Of a stretch of DNA of 64,000 bases, positions 18,621 to 26,423 are shown piece after piece. The notes under the pieces are model-generated. The model was not told the origin of the DNA, did not search any database, and saw nothing but the letters and a program-made list of their open reading frames with translations. Numbering within the stretch: the first letter of the stretch is position 1; each line of letters begins with the position of its first letter. Position numbers and translations under genes: made by a program. The DNA is from an uncultured delta proteobacterium (GTDB taxonomy: Bacteria > Desulfobacterota > Binatia > Binatales > Binataceae): contig CAWFGH010000012.1 of NCBI GenBank assembly GCA_963815255.1, positions 67,049 to 131,048 of the forward strand, read 5' to 3'.

Positions 18621-18703
18621 TTATTCACACAACTGATCCAATACACTTGCGGCTAGTTCCTGTACGCTTGCAGTTATCCAATACTTTCGCGGTTATCCAA
18701 TAC
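18621..18703. promoter_or_regulatory. cluster of three ATCCAATAC motifs (two as GTTATCCAATAC, 19 bp apart) plus a TTATTCACA box
   Basis: ATCCAATAC at 18636-18644, 18676-18684 and 18695-18703, in the roughly 200-bp gap before the FHA membrane gene. The same 9-mer recurs at 47065-47073. Confidence 0.5.
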
Positions 18704-18788
18704 GCTCAGCATCTATATTCAGCATCAATCCACGCGGCGCGCTTGAACGCATCAGCGCCACGCGCAATGCTTTGTGACCGGACCCGCT

Positions 18789-19661
18789 ATGGCGAGTAAC
18801 GTCTCTCAGGAAAAGCTGCTCTTTTACGCCGCCGCGGGCGGCTTGGGCGGGTTCGCGGCCTGGGGCGTGCAGGAGTCGGTGGCCGGTATCCGCAACTATC
18901 TTGTGCGCGACGCGGCGACGGGCCTGGTCATCGGCCTGTTCATCTGCGCCTTTCTCGCTTCGATCGAGGCGCTTAGCGTGGGCCAATGGCGCCAGGCTCT
19001 GCGCGGGATCAAGAGCGGCGCGATCTTCGGCGCAATCGGCGGCGCCGCGGGCCTGATCGGCGGAGAGATCCTGTTCGACATTCTGCACGGCTTTGTCGGG
19101 CGCGTAGTCGGATGGGCCCTGCTGGGAGTGGCGGTAGGGTTGGGCGTCGGATGGGCGTCGGGATCGGCCGCGCGCAAGCGCAACGGCGCGCTCGGCGGGC
19201 TTATCGGCGGCGCGCTGGGCGGCCTCTGCTATCAGACCCTGACCACCACTTTTCCGCAATTCTTCGGACGCGCGATCGCGATCATCGTGCTCGGCATGCT
19301 GATCGGATTTTTCATCGGACTGGTCGGCGAGTTGCTTAAGCGCGGCTGGCTGATGGTGATCCGCAGCCAGAGCCGCAACGCGCGCGAGGGACGCGAATAT
19401 CCGCTGACCAAGCCGGTCACGATCATCGGACGCGCCGAGGAGAGCGATATCGGCCTCTTTGGCGATCAGGCCGTGCTGGCCCATCACGCGATCATCCGGC
19501 GCGAGGGGCGCGACTTCGTCGTCAGCCCGGCCGGCGGCGGGCAGGTGTTGATCAACCGCCGCCCGGTGACGGGCCGCCAGGCGTTACGCAGCGGCGACCG
19601 CGTCGAAGTAGGAGGGACACTCTTTATTTTTCGCGAACGCGCACAAGCCGCGCAGAGTTGA
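18789..19661 (+). CDS. multi-pass glycine-zipper membrane protein with C-terminal FHA domain
   Basis: Five to six Gly-rich hydrophobic segments (GGLGGFAAWGV, GAIFGAIGGAAGLIGG, VGWALLGVAVGLGVGWASG, GGLIGGALGGL, IIVLGMLIGFFIGLVG), then an FHA (..VTIIGRAEESDIGLFGDQAVLAHHAIIRREGRDFVV..). The ORF opens at GTG 18774; ATG 18789 was chosen. Confidence 0.8.
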   Translation: MASNVSQEKLLFYAAAGGLGGFAAWGVQESVAGIRNYLVRDAATGLVIGLFICAFLASIEALSVGQWRQALRGIKSGAIFGAIGGAAGLIGGEILFDILHGFVGRVVGWALLGVAVGLGVGWASGSAARKRNGALGGLIGGALGGLCYQTLTTTFPQFFGRAIAIIVLGMLIGFFIGLVGELLKRGWLMVIRSQSRNAREGREYPLTKPVTIIGRAEESDIGLFGDQAVLAHHAIIRREGRDFVVSPAGGGQVLINRRPVTGRQALRSGDRVEVGGTLFIFRERAQAAQS

Positions 19662-19671
19662 GCGGGCCGAG

Positions 19672-20469
19672 TTGAGGAGCGTCGTGAAGCTGCGCGCCGC
19701 TGGTTCGAAACTGCTCGCCGCCGCGCTGGCGGCGATGGCGGCGGCGCTCGTGGCCGCGTGCGCGACCACCGTTCAGCAGGAAATCGCCGCGGAACCGCCG
19801 ACCGCGATCGAGACGCTCTCCTACTTCCCGTTCCAGGTTAAGGGCTATCAGAACAGCTATCCGCGGCGCCGAATCCTGGTGCTGATGCCGGTCGACACGC
19901 GCGATTTCAAGGACGCCGGCGGCCAGAGCCATGCGCCCGCCGACGGCAATCCCGCAACCGGCGTGATGCTGGGGCCCGACGGCGCAGTGGTGCAGCGCGT
20001 GTATAGCTCGCCGCTCGGGCCAATCGTGCAGGGCGCGATCGTGCGCGCGGCCGACGAGGCCGGGATGCTGGCGACGGCCTCCAACGATACGTTGGAAGCC
20101 GCGCTCAAGGAGACCAACGAGGATTACGTCCTGGCGAGCAGGGTCACCCGATGCTGGGTGAACAAGCATACCGGTACGGATGTCAACGCGCCGCCCAGCG
20201 CGGGCCCGGGCTGGTTCACTACCGCCGACGTCGCCCTCGACGTGACCATCTACAAGTCTCCGTTCAACGTAGCCTTCTGGCAGGGCGAGAGCGGCGCAAC
20301 CTACAACGATCCTCCCGCCGACAATGGCAGCGGGATGGGCGACGACGTTCCGATCTATGATCGGCCGAGCGAGGTTCTGTCGGTGGCGCTGACGCGGGCG
20401 GTGGCCGGAATTTTCAAGCGCGAAGCGCTGCACGAACTGGTCGTGCAGGACACGTCTCGTATTCACTGA
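19672..20469 (+). CDS. lipoprotein of unknown function
   Basis: Signal peptide with lipobox (LAAMAAALVAAC). No family recognised by eye. Begins about 10 nt after the upstream stop. The start is uncertain: TTG 19672, or GTG 19684 just after GAGGAG. Confidence 0.65.
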   Translation: MRSVVKLRAAGSKLLAAALAAMAAALVAACATTVQQEIAAEPPTAIETLSYFPFQVKGYQNSYPRRRILVLMPVDTRDFKDAGGQSHAPADGNPATGVMLGPDGAVVQRVYSSPLGPIVQGAIVRAADEAGMLATASNDTLEAALKETNEDYVLASRVTRCWVNKHTGTDVNAPPSAGPGWFTTADVALDVTIYKSPFNVAFWQGESGATYNDPPADNGSGMGDDVPIYDRPSEVLSVALTRAVAGIFKREALHELVVQDTSRIH

Positions 20470-20504
20470 TTCTTGCCGCCACGAGCGCAGCGGCATTGCG
20501 GAAA

Positions 20505-20546
20505 GCGGCGGGGGTCGCGCGCCTTCAGGCGCGCGGCCCCCGCCGC
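20505..20546. terminator. bidirectional terminator-like hairpin between the convergent lipoprotein and ku genes
   Basis: 19-bp stem gcggcgggggtcgcgcgcc / ggcgcgcggcccccgccgc (one G-U position) with a 4-nt loop. Confidence 0.55.
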
Positions 20547-20666
20547 TCGATCTTCAGGTCGCGGCGATCGCCGCGACCAAGCCGCGTTGCGGCCCGTCGG
20601 GCCGCGACGCGCAGACGCGCACCGACCGGGATGCGCGGCGAGGCCTCGCCGCGCATCCCGGTCGTG

Positions 20667-21644
20667 CTACTTCTTGCCTCCGGCGCGGCGGCGCTCGCCG
20701 CCGCCCGCGCGCCCCGCGCGGGCGTGCGCCTTGGCGCCGCCGGTGCCGGTCGCCTTGGCCGCCTCGGCTTCGCCGGCGGCCTCGGCGCTGGCTTCAGCGC
20801 CGGACTCGGCCTCGCGGTCAGTCTTGCGGTCAGTGCCACGCTCCTGGGCGCTCGCCGCGCTGGCTGCGCCACGCTTTTCGAGCGAGGCCTTGAGCGCCGC
20901 CATCAGATCGATCACCTGGCCGCGGCGCGGCTCTTCGTGGGCCTCGGTCACTTGCTGGCCGGCGATCTTCTGCTGCGCCGCCTCTTCGACCTTCTCGCGG
21001 AAAGTGTCGTGGTACTTCGAGAGATCGATTTTCTTGCTGGTCAGCTCGCCTATCAGCCGTTCGGCCAGGGTCAGTTCGCTCTCCTTGGCGGCCTCGTTGG
21101 TCGCGCGGTCGATCTCTTCGATCGGACGCACCTCGTCGGCGTAGTAGATCGTGTGCATCATCAAGCCTTTCTCATAGGGCCGCAGCACCACGACGTGCTC
21201 TTTGCCGCGGAGCGTGAAACGTCCGAGGGCGACGCGTTCGGTCTTGGTCATCGCGTCGGTGAGCAGCCGATAGGCCTTCGCGGAGGCCTGCTCACATCCA
21301 AGGTAGTACGAGGTCTCGAAATAAATCGGATCGATCTGTTCCAGCGGGACGAACTCGGTGATCTCGATCGAATGGTCGCCGCCGTGCGTTTCGAGAGCTT
21401 TCAACTCTTCGTCGGTGAAAGTGACGTAACGGCCCTTGGCGACCTCGTAGCCGCGCACCAGTTCGCTGCGGTCGATAATCGCGTCGTCGACCGGACAGTA
21501 GATTTTCTGCTGGATACGGCTTAAGTCCTTGGCGTGCAGCAGGTTGAAGCTAACCGCTTTCGAGCGTGTCGCCGGGAACAGGCGCACAGGAATCGAAACC
21601 AGGCCAAAGGAGATGTTGCCGTTGCCGACGGGACGTGATGCCAT
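20667..21644 (-). CDS. ku: Ku protein (NHEJ DNA end-binding)
   Basis: MASRPVGNGNISFGLVSIPVRLFPATRSKAVSFNLLH..YEVAKGRYVTFTDEELKALE is a canonical bacterial Ku, with a Lys/Arg/Ala-rich C-terminal tail. The start was moved to ATG 21644, which follows GGGAGG. Confidence 0.92.
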   Translation of the reverse strand: MASRPVGNGNISFGLVSIPVRLFPATRSKAVSFNLLHAKDLSRIQQKIYCPVDDAIIDRSELVRGYEVAKGRYVTFTDEELKALETHGGDHSIEITEFVPLEQIDPIYFETSYYLGCEQASAKAYRLLTDAMTKTERVALGRFTLRGKEHVVVLRPYEKGLMMHTIYYADEVRPIEEIDRATNEAAKESELTLAERLIGELTSKKIDLSKYHDTFREKVEEAAQQKIAGQQVTEAHEEPRRGQVIDLMAALKASLEKRGAASAASAQERGTDRKTDREAESGAEASAEAAGEAEAAKATGTGGAKAHARAGRAGGGERRRAGGKK

Positions 21645-21744
21645 CTGAAGAACCTCCCGATAATCCCAGCTTAGCGGTAGGGTCGCGGCGGAGGCCATAG
21701 CGATCCGGACAAAAAAACCGCCTGGCGAAGACGGGGCGAAAACA

Positions 21745-24480
21745 ATGCCGCTCGAAGAATACCGGCGCAAACGCAGCGCCGAGCGCACGCCCGAGCCATT
21801 CGGCGAATCGCCTCGGGTGGGAGGCCGGAGCGGCGGGATGTTCGTCGTGCAGAAGCACGCGGCCACCAGGCTCCATTACGATTTCCGTCTCGAGATGGAA
21901 GGTGTGCTTCGCTCGTGGGCAATTCCCAAGGGACCGTCGCTCAATCCCGCGGACAAACGGCTCGCCGTGATGGTCGAGGACCATCCGATCGAGTACGGCG
22001 ACTTCGAAGGCATCATCCCTGAGGGCAACTATGGCGCCGGCGAGGTGATCGTGTGGGACCGCGGCGTGTATCGCGTGACCGATCCGCCGGACGACGTGGC
22101 CGGCGCCGTGCGCGCGGGCAAGCTCGATATCGAGCTGTTCGGATTCAAGCTGAGAGGCGGCTACGCGATGGTGCGGACGAGCGGGCGCAATCCGCACTCA
22201 CGTCAGGCCGGTAACGAAAAATCCCAGTGGCTGCTGATCAAGCGCAACGACGGATTTGCCTCGGCCGATATCGATATCGTGGAAAGCCGGCCGCGCTCGG
22301 TGCTATCCGGTCTCACGCTCCAGGAGCTGCCGGGCGCATCCGGCCTCGCTTCGGGCATCGTCGCCGAACTCCAGAGGCTGCGCGCGCCACAACTCAAGGG
22401 GCCGCTTGCGCCCGCGCAATTCCCATTCGCGCTCGCGAGGCTGGTGACCGAGCTGGTCGAAGGCGCCGAGTGGCTATACGAGATCAAATACGACGGCGTG
22501 CGCGCGCTCGCGATCCGCGACGGCAGCGCGGTGCGGATTTTCGGCCGCAGCGGTCTAGAGGCCACCGCCAACTATCCCGAAGTCGTGCTCGCGCTCAGCA
22601 AACTGCCGTTTGCGCGCTTCGTGCTCGACGGTGAGATTATCGGGTTCGATCCCGACGGACGGCCGAGCTTTCAGGCCTTGCAGAGGCGTATCCAGGCGCA
22701 CGATCGCGGCCAGATCGCGGCGATGGCGCTCGCTCATCCGGCTCCGTACTACGTTTTCGATCTATTGGCCTTCGATCGCTTCGATCTCCGCGGCCTCGCT
22801 CTCGAAACGCGTAAGGAATTGTTGCGGCTGATGATCCGGGACGAGGGACTGCTCCGCTATTCCGACTTTCACACCGGCAACGGGCGCGCGTTTTACGACG
22901 CGGTCGCTGAGCTCGGGCTGGAGGGCGTGATCGCCAAGCGCGTGAACTCCCCGTACCAGGCCGGCCGCGGAGGCGGATGGCTCAAAATCAAGTGCCCGCG
23001 CGTCGGGCAGTTCGTGATCGGTGGATGGACCGAGCCGGGCGGGTCGCGCACGCATTTCGGCGCGCTGCTCGCCGGCCAGTACGAGGCGCCGGGCGTGCTG
23101 CGCTTCGTTGGGCGCGTCGGCACCGGCTTTGACGACGAGCGGTTGCGCACGATCGCCGCGAAGCTGCGCGAGCGCGCGGTCGACGCGTCGCCATTTCGGC
23201 GACGCCGCGAAGGCGAACCGGTGATTCCAGCTGGCGCGCATTTCTGCAAGCCGGATTTGGTATGCGAGGTGCGATTCACTGAATGGACCGAAGACGGCGT
23301 GCTGCGCAATCCAAGCTTCCTCGGCCTGGTGGCCGACGCGGATCCGGCCCAATGTGCATATCAGGGCCCGGGCGCACCAGGCGCCGAGGCGGCAGACGAT
23401 CTTGACGCAATCGTATCTTCACCTCCCCTTGTCCAAGGGGAGGTCGCCGCGAAGCCTCGCGAGCGGCGGGAGAGGTCGGAATTCGAGGGTCTGAATCGTG
23501 AAAGCCACAATGACGTCCCCCCAACCCTCTCGTTGTCCAAGGAGAGGGGAAAACAGTTGCAGGTGAAACCCGCCGTTCACGAATCGCATCCCGTGCAAAT
23601 CACGCACGCGGACAAGGTTTTCTGGCCGGCGGAGGGCTATACCAAGGGTGACTTGATTGAATACTACGAGACTATCGCGCCGTGGATGCTGCCCTACTTG
23701 AAAGATCGCCCGGTGATGCTGACGCGCTATCCCGACGGTATCGAGGGCAAGAGCTTTTTCCAGAAAGACGCGCCGGGTTACGTGCCGCAGTGGATCCGCC
23801 GCGTGAAGGTCTATTCCGAGGATTCCCAACGCGAGATTTCCTACTTCATTCTGGAGAGCGCCGAGGCTCTCAAATACATCGCCAACATGGGCGCGATCCC
23901 GATCCATATCTGGTCATCGCGGGTGCCGAACCTCGGCAGTCCCGACTGGCTATTGTTCGATATCGATCCCAAGGGTTCGACCACAACTCACGCCGTGCGA
24001 GTCGCGCAGGAGACGGCCGCGGTGCTGCGGAACGCCGGGATGCGACCATATGTGAAGACCTCGGGGCAGGCCGGAATTCACGTAGTGGTCGGGCTGAAAA
24101 CGGGTTACACCTATGAGCAGGCGCGGATGTTCTCCGAGGCGGTGGCGCGAGTGGTGGTGGCGCGGATGCCGGATATAGCCACCGTGCTGCGCACTCCGGC
24201 CGCGCGCAAGGGTAAGGTTTATATCGATTATCTGCAACTGGGACAGGGCAAAACGATCGCAGCGCCGTTCGCGGTGCGTCCGCAGCCCGGCGCGCCGGTA
24301 TCCGCGCCGCTTAAATGGAACGAGCTAAGAAGCGACCTCGACCCGCGCAAGTTCAATATCAAGACGATGCCGCCGCGGATGAAACGTCTGGGCGAGGATC
24401 CGTTCCTCGGCGCGCTAACGGATCAGCAGGAGATCGAGCCGGCGCTGCCGAAGGTCGAATCGATGCTGCACGAGAAATAG
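21745..24480 (+). CDS. ligD: multidomain ATP-dependent DNA ligase LigD (phosphoesterase - ligase - polymerase/primase)
   Basis: N-terminal 3'-phosphoesterase (FVVQKHAATRLHYDFRLEMEGVLRSWAIPKGPS). Ligase core (EIKYDGVRAL adenylation Lys motif). C-terminal LigD polymerase domain (..ITHADKVFWP..YYETIAPWMLPYLKDRPVMLTRYPDGI..). Divergent from ku. Confidence 0.93.
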   Translation: MPLEEYRRKRSAERTPEPFGESPRVGGRSGGMFVVQKHAATRLHYDFRLEMEGVLRSWAIPKGPSLNPADKRLAVMVEDHPIEYGDFEGIIPEGNYGAGEVIVWDRGVYRVTDPPDDVAGAVRAGKLDIELFGFKLRGGYAMVRTSGRNPHSRQAGNEKSQWLLIKRNDGFASADIDIVESRPRSVLSGLTLQELPGASGLASGIVAELQRLRAPQLKGPLAPAQFPFALARLVTELVEGAEWLYEIKYDGVRALAIRDGSAVRIFGRSGLEATANYPEVVLALSKLPFARFVLDGEIIGFDPDGRPSFQALQRRIQAHDRGQIAAMALAHPAPYYVFDLLAFDRFDLRGLALETRKELLRLMIRDEGLLRYSDFHTGNGRAFYDAVAELGLEGVIAKRVNSPYQAGRGGGWLKIKCPRVGQFVIGGWTEPGGSRTHFGALLAGQYEAPGVLRFVGRVGTGFDDERLRTIAAKLRERAVDASPFRRRREGEPVIPAGAHFCKPDLVCEVRFTEWTEDGVLRNPSFLGLVADADPAQCAYQGPGAPGAEAADDLDAIVSSPPLVQGEVAAKPRERRERSEFEGLNRESHNDVPPTLSLSKERGKQLQVKPAVHESHPVQITHADKVFWPAEGYTKGDLIEYYETIAPWMLPYLKDRPVMLTRYPDGIEGKSFFQKDAPGYVPQWIRRVKVYSEDSQREISYFILESAEALKYIANMGAIPIHIWSSRVPNLGSPDWLLFDIDPKGSTTTHAVRVAQETAAVLRNAGMRPYVKTSGQAGIHVVVGLKTGYTYEQARMFSEAVARVVVARMPDIATVLRTPAARKGKVYIDYLQLGQGKTIAAPFAVRPQPGAPVSAPLKWNELRSDLDPRKFNIKTMPPRMKRLGEDPFLGALTDQQEIEPALPKVESMLHEK
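23422..23549. repeat. copy of the intergenic palindromic repeat family A, embedded in frame in the ligD ligase-polymerase linker
   Basis: cctccccttgtccaaggggaggtcgccgcgaagcctcgcgagcggcgggagaggtcgg closely matches the reverse complement of 29178-29240 (cctctccttgtccaagtccaaggagaggccgccgcgagcatcgcgagcggcgggagaggtcag). A second palindrome, ccctctcgttgtccaaggagaggg, is also present. Confidence 0.75.
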
Positions 24481-24520
24481 TGCGTCGCGTGACGTCGCAA
24501 TAGTCTGAGAGTTACACGGC

Positions 24521-25078
24521 ATGAGCAGGAAAATCATAGTGCGATGGCGCGACTGGTCCGGCAAGGGCATCGAGCATCTTGTCTTGCACGAAGGTCCTGA
24601 CGAGATTGTCGCAGACGCCGCCATCCTCGGTACGGCCGAAGATGAGGTCTTCGCCGCCCGGTACCGGATCCTCTGTGACAAATCATGGCGGGTAAGAAAG
24701 GCCGAGATTGTTCAGATCGGCGGAGGCAGCGCGCTCGAACTCGCAAGCGATGGCGCCGGGAACTGGGCCGACGGGTCAGAGGCGCCGATGCCACAACTCG
24801 CAGGCGCCATTGATATCGACATCTCGATCACCCCATTCACTAACACACTGCCTATTCGCCGGTTGCATCTGCAAACCGGGCAGTCCGGGGAGATTCTCGT
24901 GGTATATGTTCAATTGCCCGGGCTCACCGTTACGACCGATCGGCAGCGCTATACGTGTCTCGAGTCCGACCGGCGCTATCGCTACGAATCGTTGGACAGC
25001 GACTTCACTCGCGACATCGAGGTGGACGGCGACGGGCTGGTCGTGATCTATCCGGGCCTGTTCCGCAGGGTGCTGTAA
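24521..25078 (+). CDS. putative glycolipid-binding domain protein (DUF1089-like)
   Basis: 185-aa ORF; ..VRWRDWSGKGIEHLVLH.. and ..ITPFTNTLPIRRL.. resemble that family from memory. Lies 40 nt downstream of ligD. Confidence 0.5.
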   Translation: MSRKIIVRWRDWSGKGIEHLVLHEGPDEIVADAAILGTAEDEVFAARYRILCDKSWRVRKAEIVQIGGGSALELASDGAGNWADGSEAPMPQLAGAIDIDISITPFTNTLPIRRLHLQTGQSGEILVVYVQLPGLTVTTDRQRYTCLESDRRYRYESLDSDFTRDIEVDGDGLVVIYPGLFRRVL

Positions 25079-25105
25079 AATCGCAGAATTTTTGGGTGAA
25101 GCTCT

Positions 25106-25244
25106 CTTCTTTCTGTCATCCCGAGCGAGTCTGCGAGTCGAGGGACCCCGGATCCTTGCTGCGAGACACTCGCGATGCTCGCCGAAAAGGATCGGGGTCC
25201 TTCGACTCCGCTCGCAGACTCGGTTCGCTCAGGATGGCAGAAGA
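25106..25244. repeat. imperfect palindromic extragenic element of about 140 bp (repeat family B)
   Basis: The left arm ctgtcatcccgagcgagtctgcgagtcgagggaccccggatcc mirrors the right arm ggatcggggtccttcgactccgctcgcagactcggttcgctcaggatggcag. A partial related copy (gatccttcgctgatgctcaggatgacggcag) lies at about 9509-9545. Confidence 0.75.
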
Positions 25245-25364
25245 GGCACTCGCTGGTTACGTTCCGTAGCTTTCTGGCTAAATTTACAAACTCTCAGCAT
25301 GACAAGTCTTGCAGGATGACAAGTCTTGCCTATGACTTATTAAATGAGACGTTACACTAGTTAG

Positions 25365-26330
25365 TCACTCGCCGTCGAAGCCGTGCAGCTCGCGCACGAC
25401 GTACAGTGGGCGGCCTTTGACCTCGTTGTAGACGCGCCCCATGTACTCGCCCAGGATGCCGAGCGTGATGAGCTGGATTCCGCCGAGGAATAGCAGCACC
25501 ACCATCAACGAGGTGTAGCCCGGGACGTCGACATCGTGGAACACCTTCCTTACCGCGAGCACCATCGCATAGAGAAACGCCAAGGCTGAAATCGTGAAGC
25601 CGAAGTAGCTCCAGACCTTGAGCGGGAACGAGCTGAACGAGGTAATCCCGTCCATCGCGAAGTTCCACAGCCGCCAGTAATTCCACTTGGTGCCGCCGGC
25701 CTGGCGCTCCTCGCGCTGGTAATAGATGGCGGTCTGCTTGAAGCCGACCCACGCGAACAGTCCCTTCATGAAACGCGTGCGCTCCGGCAGCCGGACCATC
25801 ACGTCGACCACGCGGCGGTCGAGCAGGCGGAAGTCGCCGGTGTCGCGCGGGATCGGCACGTCGGCGATAACCTCGAACACGCGGTAGAAAAAGTGCGCCG
25901 TGGTGCGCTTGAGCCAGGTGTCGCCCGGCCGATGCTTGCGGGTCGCGTAGACCACGTCGTAGCCCTCGCGCCACAGTGCCACCATCTGCTCGATAAGCTC
26001 GGGCGGATCCTGCAGGTCGGCGTCGAGCGGCACGGCAGCGCGTCCGCGCGCATGGTCTAGGCCGGCGCTGAGTGCGATATCCTTGCCAAAGCTGCGCGAG
26101 AGGCTGATTACCTTGATCGCCGGATTGCGCGCGCGATGCTCGAGCAGACCGGCCAGGGTTTCGTCGGTACTGCCATCGTTGACGACCACGATTTCGTAGC
26201 TGAGCCCGAGGCGCTCCATCACCTTGCCGAGGCGCTCGAAGAGGCGATCGAGCACCGCCGTCTCGTTGAACATCGGCACGATTATGGAGAGTTCAGGGGC
26301 GGCCTCGACCGCCGCCATCGATGCGGTCAC
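25365..26330 (-). CDS. family 2 glycosyltransferase (polyprenyl-phosphate sugar transferase, ArnC/GtrB-like)
   Basis: LSIIVPMFNETAVLDRLFERL..YEIVVVNDGSTDET.., DADLQDPPE, and two C-terminal TM helices. Confidence 0.85.
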   Translation of the reverse strand: MTASMAAVEAAPELSIIVPMFNETAVLDRLFERLGKVMERLGLSYEIVVVNDGSTDETLAGLLEHRARNPAIKVISLSRSFGKDIALSAGLDHARGRAAVPLDADLQDPPELIEQMVALWREGYDVVYATRKHRPGDTWLKRTTAHFFYRVFEVIADVPIPRDTGDFRLLDRRVVDVMVRLPERTRFMKGLFAWVGFKQTAIYYQREERQAGGTKWNYWRLWNFAMDGITSFSSFPLKVWSYFGFTISALAFLYAMVLAVRKVFHDVDVPGYTSLMVVLLFLGGIQLITLGILGEYMGRVYNEVKGRPLYVVRELHGFDGE

Positions 26331-26423
26331 CGGCCCGCGCCCGCAGCGGGTTCCAGATCCGTCGGCTCGAGCGCGCGCTTCATCGCCGCCCCGCGGATGC
26401 GCGCCGCTGCTCGCGCCGGACGC

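Noticed and set aside
9919-20469. Interpretation of the vWA/FHA/kinase/PP2C cluster as a type VI secretion regulatory (PpkA/PppA/Fha1) locus
   Set aside because: No T6SS structural genes (TssB/C, Hcp, VgrG, TssM and others) occur anywhere in the 64-kb window. The analogy is retained only as context.
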